A stretch of 32,000 bases of DNA from Acinetobacter wanghuae (GTDB lineage: Bacteria; Pseudomonadota; Gammaproteobacteria; Pseudomonadales; Moraxellaceae): NCBI RefSeq assembly GCF_009557235.1, contig NZ_CP045650.1:2250001-2282000 (forward strand), read 5' to 3'. Below, piece by piece: positions 28,432-32,000 of this stretch (positions are counted from its first letter, which is position 1; every line of letters starts with the position of its first letter). A program made the translations under genes and the position numbers. The notes below the pieces were generated by a model. It had not been told where the DNA came from. It was given only the letters and a program-made list of their open reading frames with translations, and made no database searches.

Positions 28432-29250
28432 CTAATCTGTGGGAGTGGGAAAATCAAAATGGGTAAAGTCAGTCTGCTGCGATGTTGCGCGCCATACTGC
28501 TAAAAATTCCGCATGTTGCGGTTGAGTCTGTAAATATTGAATCGTGCTCTGTATCAAATGTTGATGATCAACAGCTAATAATTGCCCTTTGAGCAAACAC
28601 CAACGTAAATAGATCAGCCACGTATTTAATACGTCCCCTTCACAATAGCGAGTCAATTTCGACCATTCGCCATGTTTGACATATTCAGGGACATGATAGC
28701 CACCATCACCACGTTTGCCGGGGAAGCCCAACAAATGTGCAATATCATCCAACTTTTGGAAATTACGTCCATTAAACATGGACATGGCATCCATTAAATC
28801 GACATGACGATTGTGGTAACGATTCTGGTAATTATTATAGCGCTTTTGCGTGTCAATTTCGCCCTGATCGAACAAACTTGGCGCAGATAAGCCATGATAC
28901 ATGGCACGATATAAAATGACGGGTAAATCAAATTGTGAGCCATTCCAACTGACTAAAGTAGGATGCCGCTTATCAAAGATCGATAAAAATTTCTTTAAAA
29001 TGTCAGCCTCAGAATGCTGTTCTCGACTAAATGAAAACAGTTTCATACCTTGTTCATCAATCCACATGCCTGAAATACAAACAATTTCATGTAGCGGCAA
29101 GCGTTGGAACTCTGAACCTGATTCCTGACGGCGTAATTTGGTCAGCGCATGATCCAGCGACTCATCCGGTAAATCAAGACCGAATAAATGCGCGCCTGAT
29201 TTTAAATCGGTTTGTGTTTCAATATCGAAGGTTAAAACAGGCAAGCGCAT
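28432..29250 (-). CDS. DEDDy-type 3'-5' exonuclease related to the PolB exonuclease domain (PF10108-like)
   Basis: ExoI TFDIET, ExoII SWNGSQFDLPVI and ExoIII YCEGDVLNT are present. The stop lies 6 nt before the rlmD start, and the start lies 18 nt after the cysM stop. Confidence 0.8.
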   Translation of the reverse strand: MRLPVLTFDIETQTDLKSGAHLFGLDLPDESLDHALTKLRRQESGSEFQRLPLHEIVCISGMWIDEQGMKLFSFSREQHSEADILKKFLSIFDKRHPTLVSWNGSQFDLPVILYRAMYHGLSAPSLFDQGEIDTQKRYNNYQNRYHNRHVDLMDAMSMFNGRNFQKLDDIAHLLGFPGKRGDGGYHVPEYVKHGEWSKLTRYCEGDVLNTWLIYLRWCLLKGQLLAVDHQHLIQSTIQYLQTQPQHAEFLAVWRATSQQTDFTHFDFPTPTD

Positions 29251-29268
29251 AAAGATTATCTCAAAGGG

Positions 29269-30189
29269 TTATTCAGGATCTTCTACAGAGAATAAACCTG
29301 TAGACAAGTAACGATCACCACGGTCACATACAATACACACAATGACAGCATCTGGGTGTTGTTCTGCAAGCTGAATGGAAGCCCAGACTGCACCACCAGA
29401 AGATGTCCCTGCGCTGATGCCTTCTTGACGTGCAAGACGACGTGCAGTTTTCTCCGCTTCAATTTGTGGAATATCCATGATCTGATCGACACGTGACGCA
29501 TCAAAAATCGTCGGTAAATATTCTTTTGGCCAACGACGGATACCCGCAATGTTTGAACCTTCAGAAGGTTGTAAACCGACAATTTGAATATTTGGGTTTT
29601 TCTCTTTGAGGTATTTTGAAATCCCCATAATCGTACCGGTTGTGCCCATTGAACTCACAAAATGAGTGATTTTCCCACCTGTTTGTTCCCAAATTTCTGG
29701 ACCAGTCGTCAAATAATGTGCTTGAACATTGTCAGGATTACCAAACTGATTCAGCACTAAACCAATACCATCTTTTTCCATTTGCTGCGCCATATCGCGC
29801 GCTTGTTCCATGTTTTCAGATTCAATTAATTCAGCACCATAAGCACGCATCGCATCTTTACGTTCTTGGCTTGAGCTCGCAGGCATAATCAATTTCATTT
29901 TATAGCCGCGCATGGCTGCAACCATCGCCAATGCAATCCCTGTATTTCCGCTTGTCGCCTCAATTAAGGTGTCACCCTGTTTGATCTGCCCGCGCTTTTC
30001 CGCTTGCATAATCATGTTGTAAGCAGGACGATCTTTCACTGAACCTGCAGGGTTGTTGCCTTCTAGTTTTGCTAAAACTGTTGCTTGAGTGTGACTTGCG
30101 AGACGCTGTAAACGCACCAGTGGCGTTTTGCCAACAAAGTGGTCTAATAAAAATTCGTCTTGTTCAAAATCAGGGTTGGTATTACTCAT
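29269..30189 (-). CDS. cysM: Cysteine synthase B (O-acetylserine sulfhydrylase B)
   Basis: The PLP lysine is in NPAGSVKDRPA; SSMGTTGTIMG and TSGNTGIALA are present. I prefer the ATG at 30189 (AGGTG 6 nt upstream) over the track GTG at 30198. Confidence 0.9.
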   Translation of the reverse strand: MSNTNPDFEQDEFLLDHFVGKTPLVRLQRLASHTQATVLAKLEGNNPAGSVKDRPAYNMIMQAEKRGQIKQGDTLIEATSGNTGIALAMVAAMRGYKMKLIMPASSSQERKDAMRAYGAELIESENMEQARDMAQQMEKDGIGLVLNQFGNPDNVQAHYLTTGPEIWEQTGGKITHFVSSMGTTGTIMGISKYLKEKNPNIQIVGLQPSEGSNIAGIRRWPKEYLPTIFDASRVDQIMDIPQIEAEKTARRLARQEGISAGTSSGGAVWASIQLAEQHPDAVIVCIVCDRGDRYLSTGLFSVEDPE

Positions 30190-30455
30190 TATTCGCACCT
30201 ATATCGAGGTGCGGCTATTGTATGAAAAAATGCCCTTTACTGCACTCATTTGCGCCAGCTTTTTCTTAAAACCCATGAAATAGCGGCTGTCTTTAGCTCA
30301 GTCTCAAAAACGACAACGTACTATTCATCTTTTTTATCTTTTCACTATAGCAGTCAAAAGCATCAATGATTTTTATGGCTGACAAGAATTGGACTATAAG
30401 TATGACAGCAGGAGTGGCTGATCTTTGCCCATGTGTGAAAATCATTGATGAAATT

Positions 30456-30484
30456 TTAACTGATGATTTAAAGCGTGCTAATAT
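30456..30484 (+). promoter_or_regulatory. Candidate sigma70 promoter for gacS
   Basis: TTAACT-17 nt-TAATAT, ending ~30 nt upstream of the ATG at 30514. Confidence 0.35.
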
Positions 30485-30513
30485 GCAACGCATAAGAAAA
30501 TGCTGCTTGAATC

Positions 30514-32000
30514 ATGTCAAATATCAACAAAAAGCTGTTTAACCGTCTACACTTAAATCATGCCTACGGACAGTTGATTGCACTTATTTTTGTGCCGATT
30601 ACGATTTTGGCGTGCGTGGGTGCAATACTGGTGATGTCAGAAACATCAAATGCCGCGCGTGCCCAACAAAAACAAATGGCGATTGCGATCCTGACCCGCT
30701 TTCAAAGTACTTCTGAATCTGCCTTACAAATCGTGGAAAATTACCCATGGCAATATGATCAAGCACGTATTGCCATGCAAAATATGCTCAATGAAAAACA
30801 TTTACTGCGTGCCGGCATTTTAGATGTTAAAGGCAAAAGCCGCTTAAGTATTGGCTTTCAAGATCAAGCACCGTGGCCAGCATTGACGACCCAAGCCAAT
30901 TTTGTGGGTCCTATTTTGTATCACAACAATCATATCTATGCGATTCGGATCAACGAAAACACCCAAAATCCTGGCTGGCTTGCCATTGAACTCGACAACC
31001 AACCGTTAGAGATTGCACGTTATCGCGTGCTCATTGTATTGGTCGCGACTGGTTTATTAACCTTACTGTTACTGCTGCTGTGTTTGAATTTCTATTCACG
31101 TCGTTGGATTGCACCGATGTATGAAATTCGCATGCAGTTGCAACGTTTAAATGCCGACACGCTCGATCAGCATATGGTCATTAACAGTACGGGTGAACTG
31201 CGCTTACTACAACGCGATATTGCCAATGTGGTGAAACGCTTACATTTTAGTTTTTTAGAATTACGCGAACATACTGAACAGACAGAAGACGATTTAAGAC
31301 GAACCTTAGATACACTTGAAGTGCAGAACATTACTTATCGTCAAGCACGTGACCAAGCGATTTCAGCCAACCAAGCCAAGTCCGTTTTCCTTGCCAATAT
31401 TTCTCATGAATTACGCACACCTTTAAATAGCATTGATGGCTTTATTCATCTGCTCTTGCGTCAAGGCAACCTGAGTAATGAGCAAAGTTTATATCTACAA
31501 ACCATTCGTAAATCATCTGCACATTTGCTGGCACTGATTAATGATGTACTGGATTTTTCAAAAATTGATGCTGGTAAGTTAGAGCTCGAAACCGCCGCTT
31601 TTGATCTCGAAGAAGCCATTTTTGACGTGATGGACATGCTGTCGCCACTCGCAGCACAAAAGCATATTGATATGGCATTTTATTATGCCGATAGCATTCC
31701 TAAATGTGTGATTGGCGATGCTTTACGCTTTAAACAAATTCTGACCAATTTGATTTCGAATGCGATTAAATTCACGCCTGATGGTGAAATCATCGTACGG
31801 GCACGCATGGAACATGATGATATTGGCAAGTGTTTACTGCATTTTAGTGTGCAAGACAGCGGCATTGGTTTAAGTGGTACAGATCGTAAAAAACTCTTTG
31901 AATCTTTCTCGCAAGGCGATACTTCTGTCACACGTCAATTTGGTGGTACAGGTTTGGGCTTAGCCATTTCTAAGCAATTGGTCAGCCTGATGCATGGTCA
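30514..32000 (+). CDS. gacS: Hybrid sensor histidine kinase GacS/BarA; C-terminus cut by the right window edge
   Basis: Not in the ORF track because it runs off the edge. My hand translation from the ATG at 30514 is open to position 32000. It shows two TM segments flanking a ~150-aa periplasmic loop, a HAMP-like linker, the H-box ANISHELRTPLN, the N-box LISNAIKFT, and the G-boxes DSGIGL and GGTGLGLAI. The gene is divergent from cysM, as gacS is in pseudomonads. Confidence 0.85.
   Translation, partial: MSNINKKLFNRLHLNHAYGQLIALIFVPITILACVGAILVMSETSNAARAQQKQMAIAILTRFQSTSESALQIVENYPWQYDQARIAMQNMLNEKHLLRAGILDVKGKSRLSIGFQDQAPWPALTTQANFVGPILYHNNHIYAIRINENTQNPGWLAIELDNQPLEIARYRVLIVLVATGLLTLLLLLLCLNFYSRRWIAPMYEIRMQLQRLNADTLDQHMVINSTGELRLLQRDIANVVKRLHFSFLELREHTEQTEDDLRRTLDTLEVQNITYRQARDQAISANQAKSVFLANISHELRTPLNSIDGFIHLLLRQGNLSNEQSLYLQTIRKSSAHLLALINDVLDFSKIDAGKLELETAAFDLEEAIFDVMDMLSPLAAQKHIDMAFYYADSIPKCVIGDALRFKQILTNLISNAIKFTPDGEIIVRARMEHDDIGKCLLHFSVQDSGIGLSGTDRKKLFESFSQGDTSVTRQFGGTGLGLAISKQLVSLMHG

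Noticed and set aside
30293-30493. 66-aa minus-strand ORF in the cysM-gacS intergenic region
   Set aside because: It has no SD, spans the inverted repeat and the candidate gacS promoter, and its composition looks non-coding. I treat it as spurious.

Overview
The window reads as a mostly housekeeping chromosomal segment of an Acinetobacter-like gammaproteobacterium (Moraxellaceae). That assignment is inferred from gene content and synteny (a trpFB pair without trpA, gacS/cysM/rlmD/relA neighbourhood, AT-rich coding), not from any search. I support 28 protein genes, two of them cut by the window edges and absent from the ORF track: an AraC-family regulator at 1..884(-) and gacS at 30514..32000(+). 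I also support one tRNA-Leu(CAA), a cobalamin riboswitch in front of btuB, several intrinsic terminators, and two small repeat types. I saw no CRISPR array, transposase, integrase, rRNA or obvious prophage. All product calls come from motifs I recognise by eye; no HMM or BLAST was run. The parts that look non-core are listed here. (1) Three low-GC genes of unknown function (a 2-TM protein, a divergent LemA and a soluble orphan) split the normally contiguous queA-tgt-yajC-secDF cluster. (2) A very AT-rich single gene sits between secF and relA. It encodes a CI/LexA-like HTH plus S24-fold protein that appears to lack the Ser/Lys dyad, and it is bracketed by two near-duplicate terminators. (3) A ~270-bp element with ~60-bp imperfect terminal inverted repeats lies downstream of trpB. 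(4) Two copies of a REP-like 34-35-nt repeat each sit just after a stop codon. (5) A block of uncharacterised genes (AraC, PF10118-like hydrolase, DUF2804, DUF1543) occupies the left end. I did not recognise any known defence, toxin-antitoxin or secretion system. The queA/tgt insert is my best candidate for something undescribed, and the evidence for it is contextual only.
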